From NCBI GenBank assembly GCA_001662655.1, contig KV460258.1: a DNA stretch of 64,000 nt. One strand, 5' to 3'. The stretch is from Pseudogymnoascus verrucosus (Eukaryota). Under the pieces are notes generated by a model. That model made no database searches, was not told where the DNA came from, and saw nothing but the letters and a program-made list of their open reading frames with translations. Shown here piece by piece: positions 21,868 through 33,870 of the stretch (the first letter of the stretch is position 1; each line of letters begins with the position of its first letter). The position numbers were made by a program, and so were the translations under genes.

Positions 21868-23411
21868 TCACTGCTTCCCCACCTCCTCATCCCCGCCATC
21901 AGTGCCAGAAGCCAACCACGGATGCTCCAACAACTCCCTCGCACTCTTCCTTTCCTCCGGAACCCACCTCACCATCTCCTTCAGCAAGTCCAGGAACTCC
22001 TCTTCTTCCCCCTCCAACGACCCTCCAATAGGGGACGGCTTGACAGGCGCCCCTTTCCATACACCTACGCGAAGTCAGCATCACCATCGCCATCATCATC
22101 AACACACCCCTCCCCTCCAGCACCCCCATGCCAAGCGATGGAAAACTCACCATCATCATCAAAATACACCTCCCTAACCCCCAACCTTCCCTTTAACACG
22201 AATTCCTTCGGCGGCGGTCCAAGAGACGCAATCATATATCTCAACTGCTCCCCCTCCGTCACCCCATCAAAAAGATGTTCGTTAAACCTAAGCTGCCACA
22301 TCTATCCTCACAATTAGCCTATCTCTTTCCCTCCACAGCCTCCCCATATCCTCCCCTCCCCGACCCCTTTCCACGCCACAACGGCTTAGCAGTAGAGATC
22401 GACTTACAAGCACGCCCAAATTCCAAACATCCGCCCTCTCATCCCACGGCATCCTCAAGATAACCTCAGGCGCCCTACACATCAACGGCTGTATCAGCCC
22501 CGCATGAGGCCTATGCGCATCGCGCACCGCGTTCCCGAAATCTGTTAGCGTCGGCACGCCTGGTGGCGGATTGAGGGCGACTGATAGACGCCGCGAGCGG
22601 TAGATTGTGCGGTGCGGGTTTACTTTTTTGTGCGGGCTGGGGTGTGATTGTTCTGCGGCGAGGAAGGTGTGGATGGGGGTGGTGGTGGGGAGAGTTAGAA
22701 GGATGTTGGCGGCTTGGATGTCTAAAACAAAAGTTAGCAAATTGTTAACCAATCTGAGAAACCAAGTAATTGAGCGAGGTAGAAAAAGAAAAGGAAAAGG
22801 GAGAATAGAACTAACTTACCAGTATGTACAACCCCCGCCTCCTCATGCAAAAACTCCAACGCCACCAACAAACACCTCACCACCCCCCTAAGCACCTCCC
22901 CCCTCAACCTCCCCCCCTCACACCCCCTCTGCCACTCCTGCAAACTCACCCCCAGCGGCGCATGCACAAGACACCAATGCCTCCCGTCCGGCCCCTGAAT
23001 CTCAAAAGCCTCCTGCAACTCTCTCACGTACCCCTTACCCTCGTGCGCAGAGGAGAGGGATTGGATGCGCGTGTAGATGTCTGCTTCGCGGTTGGTGGTG
23101 GTGGGGGGGTGGGAGATTGTGATTTTGAGGGTGGAGAAGGTCTTTTCCCTTTTTCCCAGTTTAGTGTACACTCTGATGAAGATGGGAGAGGGAGAAAGAA
23201 GAAGAGGGGGGGGGAGGGGTATTTATACACACCCTCTCTCTTGACACAACCAAACCGTGGAATGTCGTCCATACCCTAGTTTCCCGATAATCTCATACTC
23301 AGCCTTGGGCGACTTAATTACCTCCCCGATGTGAGCGGGGTAAAATTCTTCGGCTACGTAGTCGTCATATGTCTCCTCCTCGATGGCGTTAGTGGAGGTG
23401 ATAGAAGTCAT
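21868..23411 (-). CDS. SRPK-like (CMGC) serine/threonine kinase, apparently intact, multi-exon
   Basis: FYPAHIGEV, GKLGYGRHSTVWLC, TLKI, HWCLVHAPLG, GVVHT/DIQAANIL, LTDFG, CRAPEV, ADVWNLG. The last exon FLDLLKEMVRWVPEERKSARELLEHPWL ends at TGA 21868-21870. The start could be 23444. Confidence 0.85.
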
Positions 23412-23609
23412 TATTGGGATTTGTTTGCGGGTGGGCGCATGCATATACAGGAGCCCGTAGATTCTAGACCGGGGGTTATGGCCCGCAACCGCGGCTACGG
23501 ACAGAGATGTGCTGTAATAGAGAGAGCGGCCACCGCTTCGGAGTAGGTTTGGCTAATGTGGAGGATGGCGGATGGCGGTAGAGCCTTGTATGCGGATATA
23601 GGATTACGG

Positions 23610-23654
23610 ATAGCTGCAGAATAGCTGCAGAATAGCTGCAGAATAGCTACAGAA
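23610..23654 (+). repeat. 11-bp minisatellite (ATAGCTGCAGA) x4
   Basis: Four consecutive units read directly; the last has one substitution. Confidence 0.9.
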
Positions 23655-24427
23655 AGGGGCAGCAAGGGACTAACCAGCCAGGTGTTTTGCTAACGTGACG
23701 TGGTGGATGCGCGGTATATGTGTGGTAGAGTAGATGATAGCAGAGAGCGGTTATGTGCGAATATGAGATATTATAGAGATAACCACTGTATCAATTCACA
23801 ATCTCGAGAAACATGTTATATTATCTCAGTGGCGTCGATGAATTAAAGTCACCTCGCTCCTAGATGAGGCGAGGACCCCTATTCGCGGTGGTGGTGTGAG
23901 TGATGACCTATGTGGCGCATCCCGACAGACAGACAGACAGACAGACAGACGAGGAAAGAACGATCGAGGGCCGCCACTCAACTCGCACCTTCCCTTCCAC
24001 ACAACCCCAATCACATACACTTTAACAGACGAGGAAAGAACGATCAAGTACCACCAACTCACTCGCGCCTTCCCAATCATATACCCCCCCCACATATCAC
24101 GCACCAAATCATCAGCAAAATCAATGTAAGTAGTAGGTAAGATAGTTACGGTGTAAGGTAGGTAAGGTATCCATTTATAATAGAAAAGGAAAAAAAGAGT
24201 AGTTCAGCTCGTCAACACCCATTCCCGGTGCCCCATCTCTATTATCTAAACCCATCATACATCCACGCTATGCACGCCCCATCTGCCCAAGTCAAGTGTT
24301 TCACTCCCAATATACAATACATACATGCCAACACAAAAACACACCCCCCCCTTTTGCCCCATTTCCGCAGCGCCCAGCACCGCATCTTTTTCAACCCAAC
24401 CCAACCCAGCTACGCGCCATACGCGCA

Positions 24428-26347
24428 TCAGTGCGCTCCCGATCCCTGCGCAAGAAGCCCCTGACTCTCCTGCGCCTTCCCCTCCTCGCGCTGACCCATC
24501 CCATACGCGCCATCATCATCCTCATCATCCGCAGAGAGCGGCTCATGGCGGCCTCCAACACCCAGATTAGCAAGGTGCGTCGAAGCCAGCGCATCCTGAC
24601 GCATCTTCATGATCTTGACGTAATTGTACCCCGCGATGGCGGCGATGGTGATGGCTAGCCCGCCGAGGTTGACGGGGGTCATGATATCGGAGAATACGCG
24701 TCCCGCGGCGAGGATGGTGACGACTTCCTTGAAGATACCCGCGATGGAGAGGGTGACTACTGATGTGCGCTGGAGGAGCGCGAATTCTGACGCTGTCATG
24801 CAGAATGCGATTGCGCCGGGGGCGAGGAGGATAGTCGGGCCGAGGATGGGGCCCTTGCTGTCGATGAGGATCTTGAGGCCTGCGAAGAGGTTGCTGGGGC
24901 CTTCGACGGGGATGGCGATGGCGAGGAGGGAGACGAACATTATAGGGGCGAGGTAGAAGATGGATGCGAAGGGGTTAGAAGTTGCAGGGTTGCGGAGGAG
25001 GAGGATCTGGGTTAGTGCCCAGCGGAAGCCGGAGAAGAAGGCCGCGCTGATGACGAGGGTGAAGCCGATGGGGGAGAAGTCCACCTCGCCCGCTACCATC
25101 ATGACGACGCCGATGGTCATGGTGGCGATGATGGCGATGAGCTTTACGGAGGGTGTCTCGAGGCGAAAGAGGAAGGCGAAGATGAGGACGAATGCTAGGG
25201 CGGAGGATTTACACATTGCTAGGGGGGAGGGGTTAGTTGCATGTTCGGTAAAATCCGGGGTAGACAGGGGGGAAACGTACTGTAAAAAGTTAAGGAAATA
25301 AACTGTAGTGACATGTTACCGAGGCCAATGTCGAGGCCGGTGGAGAGACCGCAGGGCCCCAACCGCGTCAGGTAGAACATATTCGTCATGAGCGGCTTGT
25401 GCTCCGCGGTGTCGAGATCGCGTCTACGCTGCTCCTCGGGCGTGTAGACGGAGTCTGGGTGCGTGAGGGAGTCCGCCCGAGGCCGGAAGCGCGGGAAGAG
25501 GTAGAGGACTAGGGAGGCGAGGGAGAATTGCACGAGCATGTGCATGCATGTTGTGAAGAGGGGGAATTTGAAGTTGAGGTGCTCGCCCGAGAACATCCAC
25601 TTGTTGTAGATGGAGATGGAAAGGGAGAAGATGTACCTGAAGGGGTGGTCAGATTAGCAACGCGTCCAGGCGCATGGTGGGAATTGGGGGGGGGGGGGCA
25701 TACCATAACAGGATGAATAGGCCATTGATGGCCATGTCCTTGATCACAGTCTGGTCTGCCTCTTTCCGCTCTTCTTTTGTGATCTCCGACTCCTTGGCGA
25801 CGCGCTGATCCAGCAACGTGTTCCTCCGCCGCCGCTTCTGCCGCCGGCTCGTCCCCGTCAACCCCGTCTCCTCGTCGTCCTGCAGATGGTTGTCGTCGTC
25901 CGAGCTATTATTCCCATGACCCCCCGCCTCGTCGCTATTTGACTTGGACTCGTCCTGCGACCACGGCTCCTCCTCCTGTGACCAGCTCAGCTCCTCGGTG
26001 AGCCCATCCCGTATGCGTGTTGACCGCTGGCCCCTCGCGTTGGGGGGCTGCAGGCTGGTGAGCGTGCTCCGCCGCCGCCGGTGCTGGGAGGTGGTTGTGG
26101 AGTCCATGGCTGCGAAGGAGCCGCGTCGAAGGGTGCTGCTCGAGGCCGCGCTGGCATCCGAGTGGTCGTCGTAGTCGTAGTCGTAGTCGAAGTGATCGGG
26201 GTCGGGGGCGTCGAAGCTGGCGTCCGGATCGTGGAGGGTCGGACGGGGGAACTGGGCGTAGGGGATGGTTGGTCGTGCAGAGGGCGCAGGCGTGGTAGAT
26301 ATTGAAGGGAGACTCTCGAGCTTGAATTGATTTGTGTTGACGTCCAT
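24428..26347 (-). CDS. Nucleotide-sugar / triose-phosphate transporter family protein (SLC35C2/YMD8-like)
   Basis: FPLFTTCMHMLVQF, GLDIGLGNMSLQFISLTFYTMCKSS, SGFRWALTQILL, TSVVTLSIAGIFKEV; multiple TM helices; introns near 25218-25280 and 25639-25702. Confidence 0.9.
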
Positions 26348-27040
26348 GATCGACTAGGGCCAGGATAGGATAGGGAAGGGGGGGGTGGGAGAGGAGATGG
26401 GGGAGCAGATCCTCGGTCGGGTCTTGTGGACCAGATCGGGGGGAAAAAGATGCCAGGATCCAGGAGGTATGGGAGGTGCAGGTGCAGGAGTAGTACGGAG
26501 TACTCGGACAGTACGGAGCGTTCGTACTGGAGTAGACTTGCGGGTACAGCTGTACTGGGGCCGTTGTGGAGGGATTCGAGGTATGAGAGGAGGGAAGAGG
26601 AAGGATAGTGGAGGTACTATTGCTACCCTAAGGCCATGTGCTCCCCTTTTTCTACTCTTGGCGCGGTGTTTGGCGTTGTTAGGGGCAGTTCGGCGGGTTA
26701 TGGCGGGCTCTTGACGGTCTGACGGGGCTGACTGGGGGGGGTCTGTGGCTTGTGTCGTCAGGCTTGCGTTGCGAGATTTGAGATGAGATTTGATGTCTCA
26801 GTGGGGACCGGGCGGCGAAGGAGGAGCCACAGGGGACATGAGCCCCGGTGGTACTTTGTCGCAGCTATATGTTGGTATAGGGTATCTGTGTTCGCTCGTG
26901 CTTGTAGTTTTGTGTTGTATATGAGTCGTAGCGACGGTGAGGTCCTGCGTGAGGGTTCTGTATATATATATGTGTAAGTGTGTATATGTTGATGGAAGGA
27001 GGTAGTTGGGGGAGGAGGATACAGAGAGGAGGAAGTTGAA

Positions 27041-27080
27041 GTCGGTCTGGTCGGTCTGGTCGGTCTGGCCGGTCTGGTCC
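27041..27080 (+). repeat. 9-bp tandem repeat (GTCGGTCTG) x4
   Basis: Direct reading of the intergenic sequence. Confidence 0.85.
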
Positions 27081-28672
27081 ATATGATCTACTGTACAATC
27101 CACAATCCACTCTACAGTACAAGCCACAATAGTTGCGCATACAGTACTTACTAACAGCACCAGCACCAGCACTGTCAGTCCGTACTCGTATCTCGTACCT
27201 CGTCTATCCGCGTATGTAAGTAGTATATTTGTATGGATAGTGAAATTGATTATAGTAGAGAGTAGAGAAATTATGTCAGCGGAGCAATTATGTCAACGGT
27301 CCATCTGGCGCTGAAGAACAGAAGTACCCTTCCACCCCTTCTACGCAAAAGAAGCCGTACGTGGTACATAGCGCCGAATGTCGGTTTGTGATTTGTGACA
27401 TGTGACCTGTTAGTCTGGATTGTTTTGATGATGTCGCTTGAGTCGCTTCAGACGCTAATGCCAAGACCTTCCAAGGACCTTGGCCCCGGCACAAACCCAG
27501 CCAGATTCCCTTTCGGGTATTCTTGTCGCCGGCCGTAGTCTTCTTTAGTCTTCACTTCCTGAACAGCTGGACACCGCCACAAACCACCCACAACCACCAC
27601 AACCCAGAACTACTACGGGATATGGGATGAACCATTAACGTAACTTCTGAATTCCCAGCTTCTTCTACTGCCGGGCCCACTGAAAAGGCTGCAACTCCAT
27701 AGAAAAAAGACTTTGTAAGGCATTTAGTAAGTAACGTACGTACCTCTGCTGTGGCTGTACTTGTATTTGTTACTTGCGCCCATACATGTGGGCTTGTACA
27801 TACCAACCACCCGGACGGACTGGACTGGACCGTGTTTAGTGGGATCCACGACGACGGAGATGCAGATAGATACCGACAGAGAGATGATGCACAAGAGTAT
27901 GATGTAAAAGGTGATGGAGATGCAGAAACTGGATCAGAAAATGGATGCAAAATTGGATCAAAATTGGATACAAAACTGGACAGGCCAGATCACGCCATGT
28001 CCGTGACTATGAATTCCAATATGCTCAAACACGCACAATTATATTACAAATGCTAGTCGAGTAACGGTGAGTCTATCCTGACAAACAATGGTGATTTGTA
28101 GCTGTATCAACTCACATATGCATCTCTATGCACGTGACCACAGTATGCACCATGAGTATGTAATCACTAGCTTCACAGAGAACCGACCAATCTTGATAGC
28201 TTTAACACCTCTAACCACCAAATTCCCTTCCAACACCACACAAAACCCACCGCTTAGTAAGCAAATCCACGAAGCCGAACCCCAATCCAAACTTAATGCG
28301 GCTCAACTAAGCCCTAAAGGGAATAGTACGTCACCCTGCCCAGATCTTGCCCCTCGTCCCAACTCCCCCACCTCGAGCTCCCCCCGTTCCTCTGATTGGC
28401 CCCGCCCCGAAGCTCCCCTCAATGTGATCATGCACCGTCATCATTACTACTCTGTTCAGCCCCAATCCCATCGATACACAGACATCCTCCCAATAACTTC
28501 ATGCATTCCTCGTAAAAACCCCCAGCAATAACAAAGAGAGTTCCTGCATATAACCAGGAGAACTCTCCCCTTCATTTCCAATCCCTCTGCTCTTCTGTAT
28601 ACTCATAATCCCATCGTCGAGACCACACCAGTATCCCCACGCTTCCGGTGACCATTGAAAAGCACTCCCATC

Positions 28673-31353
28673 ATGTCCTCAGCTGGGCTGTCTGAGGGCG
28701 AGAGGAGAACGGGGACAGGTGGTCAGCTTCTCCAACCTCTGGTGAATATGTGACTGACTCCTGCTTCTATATAGGCTACCTCCCAATCGAAGACTATGGC
28801 CTCATCGGTAATATGAGAACATGCGCCCTGGTGGGAATCGACGGGAGTTTGGACTTTATGTGCTGGTAAGATTCTCATATTCTCATATTCCTCACCAAGC
28901 TACATATATATTCATCTATCCCTCAATCCCATCCCCTCCCCCAAGTCCCGCTCCATCCGGTCTCATAAAACCACACCACTAACACGACCACAGGCCCGAC
29001 TTCGATTCCCCCACCGTATTTGGCCGCCTTCTCGACGCGGAGCGTGGCGGGTACTTCAACATCTCCCCGACCAAGGGCGTCCAATACACGACTAAGCAGC
29101 AATATCTCCCCTCGTCCAACATCCTCCAGACCCGATACATCCACGAAGAGGGAGCCATGGACTTGATTGACTTCTTCCCGCGTCCCAAGAACACGAGTGT
29201 CCTGTCGAAGCAGAAGCAGATGCCGTTCCGGGAGACGGTGATTGTCCAGGATGAGCTGAAGAAGTGGCTAGTTAGACGTGTGGAGTGTATTAGGGGATTT
29301 GTTGATATTGGTATATCCCCCTCATTCAAAGAAGATGTGCTCAAGCTAACATACATACACAGATGTTGAAATCTTCCCAGCATTCGATTACGCCCGCGCC
29401 GAGCACACAGTTGAAATCCACATCCCAACCCGCGGCCACGCCGAGCCAGAATCCAAGACCGTAACTTTCTCCTCCAAGGACCTAAAGTTGCAACTCGACG
29501 TCACCATCGATAAAGGAGACGAGGATTCCATAACCTGCCCACTCCTAAAATTCACCACCGTCAAGAAGGACAAGCTGCTCGGCGAAGGAGTTGTAGCTCA
29601 CATCCACCTCGAAGAGGGCCAGGCCATCTCCTTCGTCCTCCGCGACGACATCCCCAATCATGTCACTCCGGACGTTACCACCGAAGTGCTGGATACGCAA
29701 CAGCATGACACCCAGGCGTTTTGGTACAGCTGGATCTCGAAATCCAAGTACAAGGGCCGCTGGCGCGAGGTCGTTAACCGGAGTCTGATGATCCTGAAAC
29801 TGCTAACCTACGAACCAACTGGCGCTATCATAGCCTCGCCCACCTTTTCCGTCCCAGAAGCCATTGGAGGCGTTCGGTGAGTGCTCTAGAGCTAATTTTT
29901 CCTACCATTCCCTCTCGTATTTCATACCATGCATGCATGTAGTGTAGCTTTTCCTTGAACATGAATGTCTCACACCGAATATGATAGTGCCCAAAGAGGC
30001 TCGGAGCACGACAATTCCTATGTCCTCCATTCGTTAGTGTCACAGCTTCTTTCTGGAGGTTTGCCTTTGTGCTGAGCTTTCCCTGCTAACTGTCGCGCAG
30101 GAACTGGGATTATCGGTTCTGTTGGATCCGAGATTCGAGCTTTACGATTTACATTCTTCTCAGGATGGGGTTTACGGAGGAGGCGGATTCGTATATGGAT
30201 TTCATCAGTGATCGGTTTAGGAAGTCGAGATCGCCGGAGGGAGCGCTGCCGATTATGTTCACTATCCGCGGCGAGACTGATATCCCTGAGTTGGAGCTAT
30301 CGTAAGCCTCAACCTTACTTTAGGATTTACAAATACTGACAACTCGACACAGCCATCTCTCAGGATACAGAGGCAGCGCGCCCGTCCGCATCGGCAACGG
30401 CGCCGCCTTCCACCAACAATTCGACATCTACGGCGAGCTCATGGACGGCATCTATTTGTACAACAAATACGGCAAGCCGGTGACTTGGGACCAATGGGTG
30501 TCCGTCCGAGAGATCCTCGACTATGTCCTCACCATCTGGAAAGGTAACCAGCTGCCATACAGCTCCTGCTGACATCTGAACCGCGCTAACTAGTCTACAG
30601 AACCCGATATGTCCATTTGGGAAGTGCGGAATAATAAGCAGAATTTCGTGTACAGCAAGATCATGCTCTGGGTCGCGTTTGATCGCGGCCTTAGACTGTC
30701 AGAGAAGAGATGTCTGCCCTGCCCGAATCGCGCGGCGTGGATGAAGGCTCGTGACGAGATTTATGAGGAGATTATGGAGAAGGGTATATTTCCCCTCGCC
30801 TCCCTTCTTCCCCCACCCCTCCCCCTATCCACAACCAGCAAGACTAATGCCCCATTCCACAGGCTACAGCCACACCCTAAAATGCTTCGTCCAATCCTAC
30901 GAAAGCGGCGACGCCCTCGACTCCTCCATCCTCATCGCCCCCCTCGTCTTCTTCATCTCCCCCAACGACCCCCGCTTCTTACGCACCATGGACCGGATCC
31001 TGCTCACCCCGGAGAAGGGCGGCCTCACTAGCACCGGCCTCGTCTATCGCTACAACACGGCGCAATCCGACGACGGCGTCGGCGGCCACGAAGGCGCCTT
31101 CAGCATGTGTACATTCTGGCTGGTTGAAGCGATGACGCGTGCGGGCGTGTATGATAAGAAGTATTTGGCGAGGGCGGTGAATGTTTTTGAGAATATACTG
31201 AGCTTTTCGAATCATTTGGGAATGTTTTCGGAGGAGATCGCGAGGAGTGGGGAGCAGTTGGGGAATACGCCGCAGGCTTTTAGTCATTTGGCGTTGATTA
31301 GTGCGGCGTTTAATTTGGATAGGGCGACGGATGGGAGGTGGGGGAGGGTGTAG
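28673..31353 (+). CDS. Glycoside hydrolase family 15, trehalase/glucoamylase-like, no signal peptide
   Basis: [106 protein letters not shown]; about 7 introns. Confidence 0.92.
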
Positions 31354-31861
31354 GGGGGTTGAGAGGAGGGAGGGGGTAGGTGGATGGGGGTGAGAGGGGG
31401 ACGAGGCGTTGGAGAGGGGTGGGGAGTTGGTGATGAAAGTTGAGGATTTCTGCTATGTTGGCGTATATACTATGGATTGTGTGCTCTTCTACATGACTAG
31501 CTTTACAGTGCCTGAGATGCGTCAGGGAGTATAAACTGTAGCTTCTTTTTGAGTGCTATTACAAAAATTGTCTGCCTTTATTTAGTTTAAGAATAGCTAT
31601 TTGCTAGATATTATTCTCCAGATACTATTTCCTAGATACTATTTGCTAGATATTTACTTACGAGTTTATAACAATCAAACAAACAATAACAAAAATCCAT
31701 ATTTTATTACCTTCATTACACAACCCCACAATTCTCTTATATCACTAGACACCACGAATTACACAAAATAAAATAAAATAACAGGCTCACCTTTCCCCCC
31801 ACCCCATTTCCCCCAGCTCCCAACCGCGCAAAGCTTAAGAGAAAACACGTGACACCGCGCC

Positions 31862-31885
31862 TTTTCGCGAAGCTTACTAACGCGT
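31862..31885. promoter_or_regulatory. MCB/SCB-like cell-cycle elements upstream of APN1
   Basis: TTTTCGCG at 31862-31869 and ACGCGT at 31880-31885, about 165 bp before the ATG. Confidence 0.5.
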
Positions 31886-32046
31886 CCCCCCCAAATCCAA
31901 CCTCCCCTGACCTCATACCCACGACCAAAACCCTCCTCACTCTCAGCTCAGCTCATCCATTGGCGAAACGACTATTTAAGAAACCTAAAGCATATACGTC
32001 ACGCAAAGTACGGATAGCGAATCTTTTGATTAAGAGGAAGGAGATA

Positions 32047-33609
32047 ATGTCGCGTCGCTCGAGCAGGAAAACTGCTATTGCTTCGTACGCTGAGACGCCG
32101 GATCGCGAGATTGAGAAGGGGGTTATTGAGATTGACGAGGCTGTGAGCGAAGAGACTGCGATTAAGAAACGAGGGGGGAAGACAGCCGCGGTGAAGAAAG
32201 AGAGCCCTGCTGCTGCTGCGGCGAACGGCAAGACCGGCGCTTCAAAGACCAGTAAACCCACCGCCTCGAAGAGCAAGATAGAAGCCGAGATCTCGCCACC
32301 GCCGACAAAGAGGAAGATCAAAGACGAAGACTCAGACGACGAAGAAGAGAAGATCATTGAGAAACCTGCGAAAAAACCGGTTAAGAAGCGGAAAACGAAG
32401 GAAGAGGCTGAGAACGACGCTATGCCTGTCGCTGCGCGTACTGCTGTTGCGACGTTGAAGAGGAAGATGTACATCGGTGCGCATATCAGCGCTGCAGGAG
32501 GTACTTCTTCCCCCCCCCCAAAAAACATTCCCCTCCCAGTATAAAGATCCCCCAGCTAACCCCCCCCCGAAGGCGTCCAAAACTCCCTCCCCAACGCCCT
32601 CCACATCGGCGCCAACAGCCTCGCCCTCTTCCTAAAATCACAGCGAAAATGGACATCCCCTCCCCTCGCCCCTTCGGCCACCTCCGAATTCCTCTCCCTC
32701 AGCAAACAACACTCCTATGACCCCTCCAAGCACATCCTCCCCCACGGCTCCTACCTCGTCAACCTAGCCCAATCGGACCCGGAGAAGGCGGAGCAGGCGT
32801 ATACATGTTTCCTGGACGACTTGGCGAGGTGCGAAGCCCTGGGGATTGGGTTGTATAATTTCCATCCGGGCAATACGGGGGGTCAGCCGAGGGGGGAGGC
32901 GATTGGACGGATTGCGGGGATGTTGAATAGGGCGCATAAGGCTACGAAATCCGTGGTCACGCTGTTGGAGAATATGGCGGGGGCGGGGAATGTAGTTGGT
33001 TCGCAGTTTGAGGATTTGGGGGATATCATCAAACTCGTTGACGACAAAACCCGCGTGGGGGTGTGCATAGACACCTGCCACGCCTTCGCCGCCGGTTACG
33101 ACCTCCGCACCCCCGAGGCGTTTGAAAAGACAATGAACGAATTCAACTCCATCGTCGGCGCCTCCTACCTCCGCGCCCTCCACCTCAACGATTCCAAAAC
33201 CCCCCTCGGCAGCCGCCGCGACCTGCACGCCAACATCGGAACCGGTTTCCTCGGTCTCCGCGCATTCTGGAATGTAGTCAACTACCCCAGCTTTGAGGGT
33301 CTACCGATGGTGCTGGAGACGCCGATTGAGAAGATGGTTGGGGGGAAGAAGGTGGGGGGGGAGGATAGGGGGGTGTGGGCGAGGGAGATTAAGTTGTTGG
33401 AGGGGATGGTGGGGGGGGAGTGGGGGGAAAAAGAGATGGGGGCTGAGGAAAGGCTGCAGGAGGAGGGGAGGGAGGAGAGGGAGAGGTGTGGGGGGCAGGT
33501 GGAGAGGAAGGCGCAGAAGACGTTGGATGGGATGTTTAAGAAGGGAAAGGGGAAGAAGAAGGTGAAGGTTGAGACGGATGATGAGAGTGAGGGGGGGTGT
33601 AGTCATTGA
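32047..33609 (+). CDS. APN1: AP endonuclease 1 (endonuclease IV family)
   Basis: IGAHISAAGG, PHGSYLVNLA, YNFHPG, LLENMAG, GVCIDTCHAFAAGYDL, HLNDSK, RDLHANIG, MVLETP; Lys-rich N-terminus; intron ~32501-32573. Confidence 0.95.
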
Positions 33610-33870
33610 TCGGCTACTTCACAATGCTCTGGGGCCGTGAATGGTGAAAGGCGTTGGGTGGAAGGTATCTGGAAAGATGCCTGTGTATAGATATATATTT
33701 AGTAATAAGAAACCCAGAATCAAAAGTCTGTTGAACTCGTTGTCATTATAGAAAATGCCACAATAACTCATAATATCATCCATTCCCAATGCCTCTTCAA
33801 ACGCCACAACTCCATCTCTATGCACCCAGGGTATCTCCAGCCAAAACTCCACACACACGACACAACCCTC

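Noticed and set aside
21162..21871. Overlapping Pro-rich ORFs between the TF and the kinase
   Set aside because: They arise from C-rich low-complexity DNA; no motifs or convincing splice structure.
26385..28531. Several 60-150-aa ORFs in the transporter/GH15 divergent intergenic region
   Set aside because: Low-complexity and repeat-derived (QTD/PDR repeats), with no recognisable domains.
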